33,394 nt of DNA from Octopus bimaculoides (lineage: Eukaryota): positions 8,699,312 to 8,732,705 of the forward strand of contig NC_068999.1 in assembly GCF_001194135.2 (NCBI RefSeq), given 5' to 3'. Position numbers and translations under genes: made by a program. Positions within the stretch are counted from its first letter, which is position 1. Each line of letters begins with the position of its first letter. Under the pieces are notes generated by a model. The model worked only from the letters and a program-made list of their open reading frames with translations. It was not told the origin of the DNA and did not search any database. Shown in pieces: positions 13,446 to 23,940 of this stretch.

Positions 13446-13813
13446 CATCATCATCATCATCATCATCGTTTAACGTCCGTTTTCCATGGGTTGAACGGTT
13501 TGCTTGAGGGCTGGAAAGTCAGCGGCTGCACCAGAGTCTAATTTGATTTGGCAATGTTTCTAGAGCTGGATGCCCTTCCTAACACTAACCACTCCAAGAG
13601 TGTAGTGGGTGCTTTTTACATTGTATGTGATCCCCTTTGGTCATGAATGGCAATGGAATTGTACCTAGAAAGTTACACTCCAAGGCACGAGTATGTCAAG
13701 GCTGGATGTTTGAGATACAGGTACAACTGAAGAACATCACGCATCGCTAGGAATTGAACTCACGCCCTCACGATCGTAAGTCGAGTACCCTAAGAACTAA
13801 GCCATGCGCCTCC
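13446..13813 (-). mobile_element. Composite tRNA-headed SINE with an RTE-type 3' end and (GAT)n tail
   Basis: The minus strand starts GGAGGCGCATGGCTTAGTTCT (A-box-like) ... GAGTTCAATTCC (B-box, 13750-13761). It contains TTAGGAAGGGCATCCAGC and ends GGAAAACGGACGTTAAAC(GAT)7 at 13446. The RTE assignment comes from recalled motif similarity and was not searched. Confidence 0.75.
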
Positions 13814-13819
13814 ACTACA

Positions 13820-14206
13820 ACTACTAAACACACACACAAAACACAAGACACACACAACATACACACACGCACAATACAAAATATCACATATACACAACAC
13901 AAAATACCACATACACACGACTTAACACACACGCACACAACACAAGATAACATATACACACACATACACAACACACACACACACACACGCAATAATACAT
14001 ACATGCATAAGACGCATACATACCATATAATATTCACATCCACATAGTATATTCTCACGCAAACAAGGGTTAAATACATATACACACAAACCAAAGACGC
14101 AAATGCATATATACGTATATATATATGTGTTTGTGTATATATATGTGTGTGTAAATATATATATGTGTGTGTATATATATATGTGTGTGTGTATATATAT
14201 ATTTGA

Positions 14207-14250
<44 letters not shown>

Positions 14251-14347
14251 GCACAAATAAACAATATGTGGAACATACTCATAGCGTACACAAAAACCAC
14301 ACCAATACAACACACTCTTACACAAACAACCGTCACACGCGCACTCG

Positions 14348-14403
<56 letters not shown>

Positions 14404-14480
14404 GGTACATACACAAACACATAGAGGTACATACACAAACGCATAGAGGTACATACACACACACCAACACTTTCTCTCTC
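13820..14480. repeat. CA-rich and TA/TG low-complexity block
   Basis: Read directly. Confidence 0.9.
14398..14460. repeat. 22-bp minisatellite, about 2.9 copies (CATAGAGGTACATACACAAAC[A/G])
   Basis: Units at 14398-14419, 14420-14441 and 14442-14460. Confidence 0.9.
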
Positions 14481-14962
14481 TTTTTTCTCTTTCTTTCACA
14501 CCCGTGCAAGCGTATTCATTATATCTTTGTACCGTTCTCACTTTCACTTTCACAATCTCACACGAATCTAAATAGAATAATAGAACAACAGAATAACAGA
14601 ACAGAATAGCAGAATAATAATAATGAGAAAAAATATAAAATTAAACAAACAAACGTACCACTCGAGATAGAAGGAATGAAAGGATGTCAATGTAAGGCTG
14701 AAAGTTGTTTGAATAGGGGGACAGTTTTGCCGAAAAGCAATGGTTGATCTCTGACAAATATCTTACGTAAGTTTAAGAACACGTGATATTTTGGGTAAAG
14801 CTGACAAGAGAAAAGGATTCAAAAGGAGATTCGTATTTCACGCAGTTGTTCACATCCACAAAAACGCATGCGCACACGTGTATGTGTTTCTATGTATCAG
14901 TGGAATTATTTATGCATGTGTGCATATATATATATATATATCCAAGTAAGTTTTATCTCCCC

Positions 14963-15008
<46 letters not shown>

Positions 15009-15420
15009 NNNNNNNNNNNNNNNNNNNNNNNNNNNNNNNNNNNNNNNNNNNNNNNNNNNNNNNNNNNNNNNNNNNNNNNNNNNNNNNNNNNNNNNNNNNN
15101 NNNNNNNNNNNNNNNNNNNNNNNNNNNNNNNNNNNNNNNNNNNNNNNNNNNNNNNNNNNNNNNNNNNNNNNNNNNNNNNNNNNNNNNNNNNNNNNNNNNN
15201 NNNNNNNNNNNNNNNNNNNNNNNNNNNNNNNNNNNNNNNNNNNNNNNNNNNNNNNNNNNNNNNNNNNNNNNNNNNNNNNNNNNNNNNNNNNNNNNNNNNN
15301 NNNNNNNNNNNNNNNNNNNNNNNNNNNNNNNNNNNNNNNNNNNNNNNNNNNNNNNNNNNNNNNNNNNNNNNNNNNNNNNNNNNNNNNNNNNNNNNNNNNN
15401 NNNNNNNNNNNNNNNNNNNN

Positions 15421-15471
<51 letters not shown>

Positions 15472-15726
15472 GCATGTATATATATATACACGCACATACA
15501 CACATATTGCATTTTGATATGTGCATTACATATACAAATATATTACACACACTCACACCCACATATAAATATACAATGCTTTATATACATAAATGCATTA
15601 CAATATATAAATACACTGCATTCTTTCAAGCAGAAGCAACAGTGTAAAGGTGTCTTTCACAGATATTTACCTTACATATATATATAACAAATTTCTCATA
15701 TACGTATATGCATTAGAGATATACAA

Positions 15727-15800
15727 TACGAGGTGTTATCAAAATGTCCCCGGACTAGTTCTTTAGCGCGCCCGCAGATGATAGCACACGGTTGCGTGAG
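15727..15800 (+). mobile_element. Probable left end of a mariner-like element or MITE (TA plus terminal inverted repeat)
   Basis: TA|CGAGGTGTTATCAAAATGTCCCCGGACTAG resembles mariner-type termini (TA CGAGG...CAAAAAGT...CCGGAC). No partner right-hand repeat is seen in the called sequence. Confidence 0.45.
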
Positions 15801-15835
15801 CAGTGCTAGCTAGAAGGGACGTTTATGAGGCACGA

Positions 15836-15918
15836 CGCGTGTACCCTTAACGCAGTTCTCAGGGAGATTCAACATGACACAAAGTGTGACATGGCTGGGC
15901 CTTTGAATTATAGGTATA
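15836..15918 (-). mobile_element. Internal SINE fragment, related to the body of 13446-13813
   Basis: Minus strand TATACCTATAATTCAAAGGCCCAGCCATGTCACACTTTGTGTC resembles the minus strand at about 13690-13725 (TGTACCTGTATCTCAAACATCCAGCCTTGACATACTCGTG). Confidence 0.55.
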
Positions 15919-16192
15919 ACACATTGAGTGAAATAGATGTGTTTACTTTCTATGTTACTCTTTTACTTGTTTCAATCATTTGACCGCAACAGTAGAATGC
16001 TGCTGGACACAGGCTTAAGCCTGATCAGTCGAGGACGCGTTGCTTGGATGTGGGTGTATGTTGTAAGAGCCGAAACAACATGTGACTCCAGGATTCCACA
16101 CTGACGATGGGTCCAAACGTTACATCTGTAAACAGAAATCGAACCACAATTTTTGCTTTTAATGTACAAACCATTAGCTATTACTCTTTCTG

Positions 16193-16326
16193 AGCGAGCA
16201 GGATCATTAGCACGCTGGGAAAAATACTTAGCGGCATTGAATCTGTATTTATGTTCTGCGTTCAAATTCCGCCGAGGTCGACTTTACCTATCATCCTTCC
16301 AGGGTCAATAAAATAAGCACCAGTTA
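16193..16326 (+). mobile_element. tRNA-derived SINE, 5' and central part; same family as 3233-3427
   Basis: AGCGAGCAGGATCATTAGCACGCTGGG...TTCAAATTCCGCCGAGGTCGACTTTACCTATCATCCTTCCAGGGTCAATAAAATAAGCACCAGTT, collinear with the reverse complement of 3233-3427. Confidence 0.8.
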
Positions 16327-17727
16327 TACCCGTTATAGCAACGACATATATATATNNNNNNNNNNNNNNNNNNNNNNNNNNNNNNNNNNNNNNNNNNNNN
16401 NNNNNNNNNNNNNNNNNNNNNNNNNNNNNNNNNNNNNNNNNNNNNNNNNNNNNNNNNNNNNNNNNNNNNNNNNNNNNNNNNNNNNNNNNNNNNNNNNNNN
16501 NNNNNNNNNNNNNNNNNNNNNNNNNNNNNNNNNNNNNNNNNNNNNNNNNNNNNNNNNNNNNNNNNNNNNNNNNNNNNNNNNNNNNNNNNNNNNNNNNNNN
16601 NNNNNNNNNNNNNNNNNNNNNNNNNNNNNNNNNNNNNNNNNNNNNNNNNNNNNNNNNNNNNNNNNNNNNNNNNNNNNNNNNNNNNNNNNNNNNNNNNNNN
16701 NNNNNNNNNNNNNNNNNNNNNNNNNNNNNNNNNNNNNNNNNNNNNNNNNNNNNNNNNNNNNNNNNNNNNNNNNNNNNNNNNNNNNNNNNNNNNNNNNNNN
16801 NNNNNNNNNNNNNNNNNNNNNNNNNNNNNNNNNNNNNNNNNNNNNNNNNNNNNNNNNNNNNNNNNNNNNNNNNNNNNNNNNNNNNNNNNNNNNNNNNNNN
16901 NNNNNNNNNNNNNNNNNNNNNNNNNNNNNNNNNNNNNNNNNNNNNNNNNNNNNNNNNNNNNNNNNNNNNNNNNNNNNNNNNNNNNNNNNNNNNNNNNNNN
17001 NNNNNNNNNNNNNNNNNNNNNNNNNNNNNNNNNNNNNNNNNNNNNNNNNNNNNNNNNNNNNNNNNNNNNNNNNNNNNNNNNNNNNNNNNNNNNNNNNNNN
17101 NNNNNNNNNNNNNNNNNNNNNNNNNNNNNNNNNNNNNNNNNNNNNNNNNNNNNNNNNNNNNNNNNNNNNNNNNNNNNNNNNNNNNNNNNNNNNNNNNNNN
17201 NNNNNNNNNNNNNNNNNNNNNNNNNNNNNNNNNNNNNNNNNNNNNNNNNNNNNNNNNNNNNNNNNNNNNNNNNNNNNNNNNNNNNNNNNNNNNNNTATAT
17301 ATACACATACATATATATGTATTTATACATTCTAATGGAAAGCAATTATCAGTGGAAGACATCCATGCGGAGATGTCTCCTATGTATTCTATATATATAA
17401 CTAACAATAGATTCAAGAGAAATTTTTTTTTGCCGCGCAAAATTATAAAGTTAAAAAAAGTTGTAGAAATGAATGTTGCGTATACAGCCACAGATAATAA
17501 GACTACCACTTTTGACAACTGTCAGTTTGAATATATTAAGTGATTTTATGAAGATCCATCTATCGGTCAATCTATCTATCTTGTCCTCCCCTCTTTTTAC
17601 ACGAGAACATTACTGTGTGATACACGATCCCTATTGATCGCTTTTTTCCCCTTCCCCCTCCCAAAAAGAAAAGCTCTACATTGTATCTGTCCCATCTTTG
17701 TTGAGCCCTGTGTGGCTAATAAAAGAA

Positions 17728-17865
17728 ATGTATCTATCTATCTGTCTGTGTGTCTGTGTGTCCGTGTGTCTGTCTGGCTGTCTGTCCATCTATCTGAATA
17801 GATATATGAAATATATATGTGTGTGTGTGTGTATACACATACATATGTATGTATATATATATAGG

Positions 17866-17898
<33 letters not shown>

Positions 17899-17901
17899 AC
17901 G

Positions 17902-17963
<62 letters not shown>

Positions 17964-17967
17964 TATA
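17728..17967. repeat. (ATCT)/(GTCT)/(TG)n/(TA)n compound microsatellite
   Basis: Read directly; the long (TA)n ends at about 17967. Confidence 0.95.
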
Positions 17968-18073
17968 GTTGCTAGGAGTGTGTCTAATATGTTAAGTGGT
18001 CTACCCAGTAGTGCTACACCGCTAAACTTAGCAGCTATTTAACCGATATATTCCTGGATGGATGATGGGTTGC

Positions 18074-18125
18074 ATGCGGTGCTGAAGAAAGAGCAATAAC
18101 TCTTGAAATATGCATATACATACAT
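18074..18125 (+). ncRNA. Type I hammerhead ribozyme motif with an intact core; predicted AUA^ cleavage between 18118 and 18119
   Basis: AUG-CG-GUG | CUGAAGA | AAGAG-CAAUAA-CUCUU | GAA | AUAUGCAUAU | A^ | CAU-A-CAU. The core C3-A9 and G12-A14 is intact. Stem II is a perfect 5 bp. Stem III is the self-complementary AUAUGCAUAU, compatible with dimerisation. Stem I is 3+3 bp with an internal loop. Confidence 0.75.
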
Positions 18126-18140
18126 TACCGGTTTTCCTAC

Positions 18141-18508
18141 CTTCGGAGTAAAGATTGTTTGCCAACATAACATGGCAGACCTGGTTTAGGACGAATGTTG
18201 CTGTCGTCTATAGTTGGCTATATGACACGATCTGTGTCCTCATATTTTCGAGCAAGGGAACCTAGCACCCCCACTCAGCTCAAAACAATATCTGTGTATC
18301 ACGATCTCCGGGTTATTTCCCGTATCGCGATACACAGATATTTTTTTGAGCTGAGTGGGGGTGCTAGACTCCCTTGTTCGAAAATATAAGGACACAGATC
18401 GTGTAGTATCGCCAGCTGGGGACGATGTCTCCTGAGGCTAAATTACAGCAACATTCGTCCTAAACCAGGTCAGCCATGTTATGTTGGCAAACAATGTTCA
18501 CTCCAAAG
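18141..18508. mobile_element. 368-bp near-perfect palindrome, MITE or foldback-like
   Basis: Outer arms 18141-18204 and 18445-18508 match at 60/64. Inner arms 18225-18304 and 18325-18404 match at 74/80. The central loop is 20 nt, and the left arm has a deletion of about 20 bp. TA lies at or near both ends. Confidence 0.85.
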
Positions 18509-19165
18509 TACTGAATAACTCTCATTCTGAGATTTAAAAATAGTAATTTTCTAATATCCTATCTTCGATTTCATGGTTTACATTCATATTCATATACGAA
18601 ACGTTGAACTTTCAGTGCTGGGTCTAAATTCTATAGTAAATCTGTAGAGATTAAAAAGGAAAACAACGCACTGCTAACACCAAAAGCATGATACAGTATT
18701 GACTTATTAACCTTTAATATACTTGTACCATATTATTGTTGTGAAACGAAATGCGGTGTTTCTAGCAGCAACTAATACACGCACACACGCTCACATACAC
18801 ACACAGATACAACACACAGACACACACACATTTATATACATATAAACGCATGTAAAATTATGTGTATGTGTGTATACTTTATTTAATTGTCTAGTATCTA
18901 TATATTTTCCTCTTTCTTTCACCGTGTGTATGCGTATATGTATATGTGTATATATAAGTATATATACACATATAAGTATATATACACGTATGTATACACA
19001 TATAAACATATTTCTATGTATGTATGCGCACACACACAGAGAAATATAATATATATATTTACATCCGGGGGAGGAGGTAGTTATGAAAAGAAACGCATAT
19101 GCAAATAAATACATCCATAAACGCATGCGTACAAGAGCGTATTCACACACACACACACAAACACA

Positions 19166-19203
<38 letters not shown>

Positions 19204-19512
19204 TAGCAAAAGAAAGAGACGAAAGTTCTGATGGGTTTTATGAACAAAATGAATTGTTTGGGAAAGAGCTAACAGCCAAAGTGTATAATAGGAGATGTCT
19301 GTATCTAAGTTATAAATAACTATATAAAGCTTACCCCAACCCCGGCTATATTCACGTAATTTGGCGTACAATTATGTACGCAAATAATTGTAAGCATATC
19401 AATGCATTGTAGCTGGTTCTATATCAATAAAATGGGCAACTAATATATACATATAATGTATTCATATATCTGCGCTTATATAATGATTCAGATAACATAT
19501 ATAAGTATATTC

Positions 19513-19562
<50 letters not shown>

Positions 19563-20373
19563 GTATGTATAAAAGGCATTGTTGTTTGGGCATAATCCTC
19601 TTCCAGTACACAATACGTATTTATTTATGTTGATCATCTAGTGATTANNNNNNNNNNNNNNNNNNNNNNNNNNNNNNNNNNNNNNNNNNNNNNNNNNNNN
19701 NNNNNNNNNNNNNNNNNNNNNNNNNNNNNNNNNNNNNNNNNNNNNNNNNNNNNNNNNNNNNNNNNNNNNNNNNNNNNNNNNNNNNNNNNNNNNNNNNNNN
19801 NNNNNNNNNNNNNNNNNNNNNNNNNNNNNNNNNNNNNNNNNNNNNNNNNNNNNNNNNNNNNNNNNNNNNNNNNNNNNNNNNNNNNNNNNNNNNNNNNNNN
19901 NNNNNNNNNNNNNNNNNNNNNNNNNNNNNNNNNNNNNNNNNNNNNNNNNNNNNNNNNNNNNNNNNNNNNNNNNNNNNNNNNNNNNNNNNNNNNNNNNNNN
20001 NNNNNNNNNNNNNNNNNNNNNNNNNNNNNNNNNNNNNNNNNNNNNNNNNNNNNNNNNNNNNNNNNNNNNNNNNNNNNNNNNNNNNNNNNNNNNNNNNNNN
20101 NNNNNNNNNNNNNNNNNNNNNNNNNNNNNNNNNNNNNNNNNNNNNNNNNNNNNNNNNNNNNNNNNNNNNNNNNNNNNNNNNNNNNNNNNNNNNNNNNNNN
20201 NNNNNNNNNNNNNNNNNNNNNNNNNNNNNNNNNNNNNNNNNNNNNNNNNNNNNNNNNNNNNNNNNNNNNNNNNNNNNNNNNNNNNNNNNNNNNNNNNNNN
20301 NNNNNNNNNNNNNNNNNNNNNNNNNNNNNNNNNNNNNNNNNNNNNNNNNNNNNNNNNNNNNNNNNNNNNNNNN

Positions 20374-20760
20374 TATATATATATATATACATACACACAT
20401 GCATACATGCATACGTACATACACATACATACATACCACTTTCATACACACATAGACACATACATACATCCATACTCATTTGTATACATATACACACATA
20501 TACATACATACACACATACCTACATACATACATGCATACATACATGCATACATACACCCATACATACATACATCCACCCAAACATACACCCGTACATACA
20601 TTCATACAGACATCCACCCATACATACACCCATACATACATACATACATACATACATACATACATACATACATACATACATACATACATACATAAAAGCC
20701 TGCATGCACATATACGTCCGTACACATACTTACATGCATACGCATACATCCATACACACA
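20374..20760. repeat. Degenerate (ACAT)n/(ACCC) tetranucleotide array
   Basis: Read directly. Confidence 0.93.
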
Positions 20761-21084
20761 TATATTATCCTGTAATGTTGTCTCGGCACAATGCCAAGCT
20801 CTGGTTCCTAACATGACATTACATCTTAATACCAGATTCTTCACAACAATAAAAGACATTCATACAATACGGCATTGTTCCTTCAAACGATAGTTGAGGG
20901 CCGGCTTTTTCTCTTATTCTACAATTTCCCCATTTTCTCCGCCGTCGTTCTTTGTTCATTCATTGGTTTATTTATTCATTCATTCGCTCCTTCCTTCCTT
21001 CATTCTATCATTCGGTCATCTGTACATCCACCCACATACATACATACACTGTCTCAGCACATATACACGCAGATATATACCCGT

Positions 21085-21085
<1 letters not shown>

Positions 21086-21129
<44 letters not shown>

Positions 21130-21143
21130 CTTCNNNNNNNNNN

Positions 21144-21183
<40 letters not shown>

Positions 21184-21193
21184 TGTTATTATT
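21086..21193. repeat. (TTG)n and (ATT)n microsatellites separated by a 10-N gap
   Basis: Read directly. Confidence 0.95.
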
Positions 21194-21760
21194 CTAGGTG
21201 CCGACGAAAACGAGCTGGCTATATTGCACCGGAAAATCTTCCGGTCGGGAACTGTCATGGATAATTTCCAGATGTCCTTGGCCTGGCAGTTCTACTGGTG
21301 TGGATTGGGGCCGCTCCGGTTCATTATAAACTCTACAGGCACGGACATGCTGTCTGGTGGACTTGCCCAAGATGCGCGCAGAGTGACGGAACCGTCCTGC
21401 ACGCACTCGTTCAGTGTCCGAGGATTGCTGGCATGTGGGGTTATGTCGAACAGTTGCTCTCACGTGTTGGACGTTATCCATCTATCGGTCAAGTCCATAG
21501 TAATGATTGCCCCGCTGCCCTTCTTTAATCGGGCAGGTAAGGCAGTTTTCCTTTGCCTGGTGTTTGTGACGAAATAGGTTGCATGGTGGACGAGAGTGAA
21601 AGATATCAGGACAGATGCATTCCTCTTTGGTAGGGGTCTCATTGACTTTTTCAAGTTTCACTTGAAAACGAACTTGATGGTGAAGTCGGAAGTGCTGTCC
21701 TCGACTGAGTTTATTGAAAGGTGGAGACAAGTTTCGAAATTGGTAAGTGGATGGTACCTC
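21194..21760 (+). mobile_element. 5'-truncated Tx1/L1-clade LINE, ORF2 C-terminus with CCHC zinc finger, decayed
   Basis: Spliced across two frameshifts: ...MDNFQMSLAWQFY / APVHYKLYRHGHAVWWTCPRCAQSDGTVLHALVQCPRIAGMWGYVEQLLSRVG / LSVKSIVMIAPLPFFNRAGKAVFLCLVFVTK*VAWWTRVK...LIDFFKFHLKT...FIERW. The CX2CX8HX4C finger, in a CPxC...T..H...C....W context, is typical of L1/Tx1 ORF2. Confidence 0.85.
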
Positions 21761-22307
21761 CTTAAGTATAGGCCTGTGAGTCAGATTCTCATTTTGTATA
21801 TATTTTTTCTTATTGTTTTCTGATTTATCCTTATTGTTGTATTATACACTCTTTACGCCATTTTGTTATTTTTTAACAAATCAATATTATAAGAGTCCTT
21901 GACACGTGTTCTTTTTACGAATGTTTCCTGGTTTCTCTTGCTATTGGAATGTGGAAAGAGAAAAGAGCTGAGATAGGTGGAAAATAGAGAAAGAATTATA
22001 AAGTGAGGTAGATTAGATAAATAGATAAGAGATAGATAGAGTGAAAGAGAGAAAGGGGTGGAGAGTGGAAGAGAGAGAGGTGGTTAGTAGTCATTAGCTA
22101 GCGAGAGGGCAAGCAGGTGAGCAGTCAGTGAAATGTATAATGTAAGAGAAAATGCGAGAGAGGACAAATATTCAAATAAATCATAAAGAATTTAGGACTG
22201 TAATATATGTTTATAGAATGAGAAAATAGAGGGAAAAATTAACTCTGATATACGATATAAAAGAAATTGTTGAGTTCTAACATCGTGGTGGTTAGTCTTC
22301 TGCTACA

Positions 22308-22347
22308 AATCATACTGTTTCGAGTATTAAAACATTCTTCAGGGATG
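22308..22347 (-). ncRNA. Weak degenerate hammerhead-like motif
   Basis: Minus strand: C-AUCC | CUGAAGA | AUGUUUUAAUACUC | GAAACAGUA^ | UGAU. The core is present and 3 of 4 stem I pairs form, but stems II and III are poor. Confidence 0.25.
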
Positions 22348-23255
22348 GAAAAAGACAAATATCTCACTACAAGAGAGTCATTCAAAACATTCCTAAACGA
22401 AGAAATATATTGGATGAAATTTTCTTGCAAAGTGAAAAAAAGTACTCCGAAGGGCTCTTCAAGAAATTAACATACTAGGGACATACTTACTCGGTACTCG
22501 GTACTCGGTACTCCATTACTTACTTTGACTCCATTACGGATTACCTATATTGGATAGAATTATGGATAGAGAATGTAACTGTCAACGAAATACCGAAAAC
22601 ATATTTATTCCATTCACATTACAGAAATCACATGGTGACCCCCACTAGCAAACAAAGAATTTCTGCTATGTTGGAAACTACCATACTGAACATCCTAACT
22701 TTGTAAGAGGGATAATGCTTGGGAAATGTGTCACGAGTGTGCCGACTTCAAAAACGGTGAAATGCTTTCAGTATTATCGTTTGAATGCAGTTATCTTGTT
22801 ACAAACAAAAAGATAAGCTCCGAATGTATAAAGGAATAAAGAAAGGGCTTGAAAAGATTTCTGAAATAGGTTGTTGATAGAAGAATATGCCCTCTCTGGC
22901 GTAACAAGTTATGGAGTTTGGGAATAGAGAAGTTTGAGATGATAATATAATAGCTAAGGCCAGTGTGTGGCACGTTAATAATATATTTGATGGTGTAATG
23001 TTTACAGATCCATATCCAATAGTGAATAACTAATAAATTGAAGAAAATCCTGCGAGAAACCTATCTCAATAGAAAAATGCAGATAGATCCATCAAATTGA
23101 TCATGGCTTTTTGAAAGAGACACACGTAAAAAGATTGAACGATGTAATTCACGAACTCACATATAAACTGCAAAGTAAGAAATACATTGAGTTTCATAAG
23201 CAAGACACCAACCAAGAAGGTCTGTGTGCAAATATCATCTACATATTGTTTATCG

Positions 23256-23299
<44 letters not shown>

Positions 23300-23894
23300 N
23301 NNNNNNNNNNNNNNNNNNNNNNNNNNNNNNNNNNNNNNNNNNNNNNNNNNNNNNNNNNNNNNNNNNNNNNNNNNNNNNNNNNNNNNNNNNNNNNNNNNNN
23401 NNNNNNNNNNNNNNNNNNNNNNNNNNNNNNNNNNNNNNNNNNNNNNNNNNNNNNNNNNNNNNNNNNNNNNNNNNNNNNNNNNNNNNNNNNNNNNNNNNNN
23501 NNNNNNNNNNNNNNNNNNNNNNNNNNNNNNNNNNNNNNNNNNNNNNNNNNNNNNNNNNNNNNNNNNNNNNNNNNNNNNNNNNNNNNNNNNNNNNNNNNNN
23601 NNNNNNNNNNNNNNNNNNNNNNNNNNNNNNNNNNNNNNNNNNNNNNNNNNNNNNNNNNNNNNNNNNNNNNNNNNNNNNNNNNNNNNNNNNNNNNNNNNNN
23701 NNNNNNNNNNNNNNNNNNNNNNNNNNNNNNNNNNNNNNNNNNNNNNNNNNNNNNNNNNNNNNNNNNNNNNNNNNNNNNNNNNNNNNNNNNNNNNNNNNNN
23801 NNNNNNNNNNNNNNNNNNNNNNNNNNNNNNNNNNNNNNNNNNNNNNNNNNNNNNNNNNNNNNNNNNNNNNNNNNNNNNNNNNNNNNNNNNNNNN

Positions 23895-23936
<42 letters not shown>

Positions 23937-23940
23937 GAGG
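23895..23940. repeat. (GA)n microsatellite after a gap
   Basis: Read directly. Confidence 0.95.

Noticed and set aside
16101-16121. CUGACGAUGGGUCCAAACGUU, hammerhead-like
   Set aside because: G12 is absent, stem II is too short and stem I does not pair; at most a heavily eroded relic.
22489-22513. (TCGGTAC)3 short tandem repeat
   Set aside because: An ordinary slippage repeat with no spacers; not CRISPR-like.
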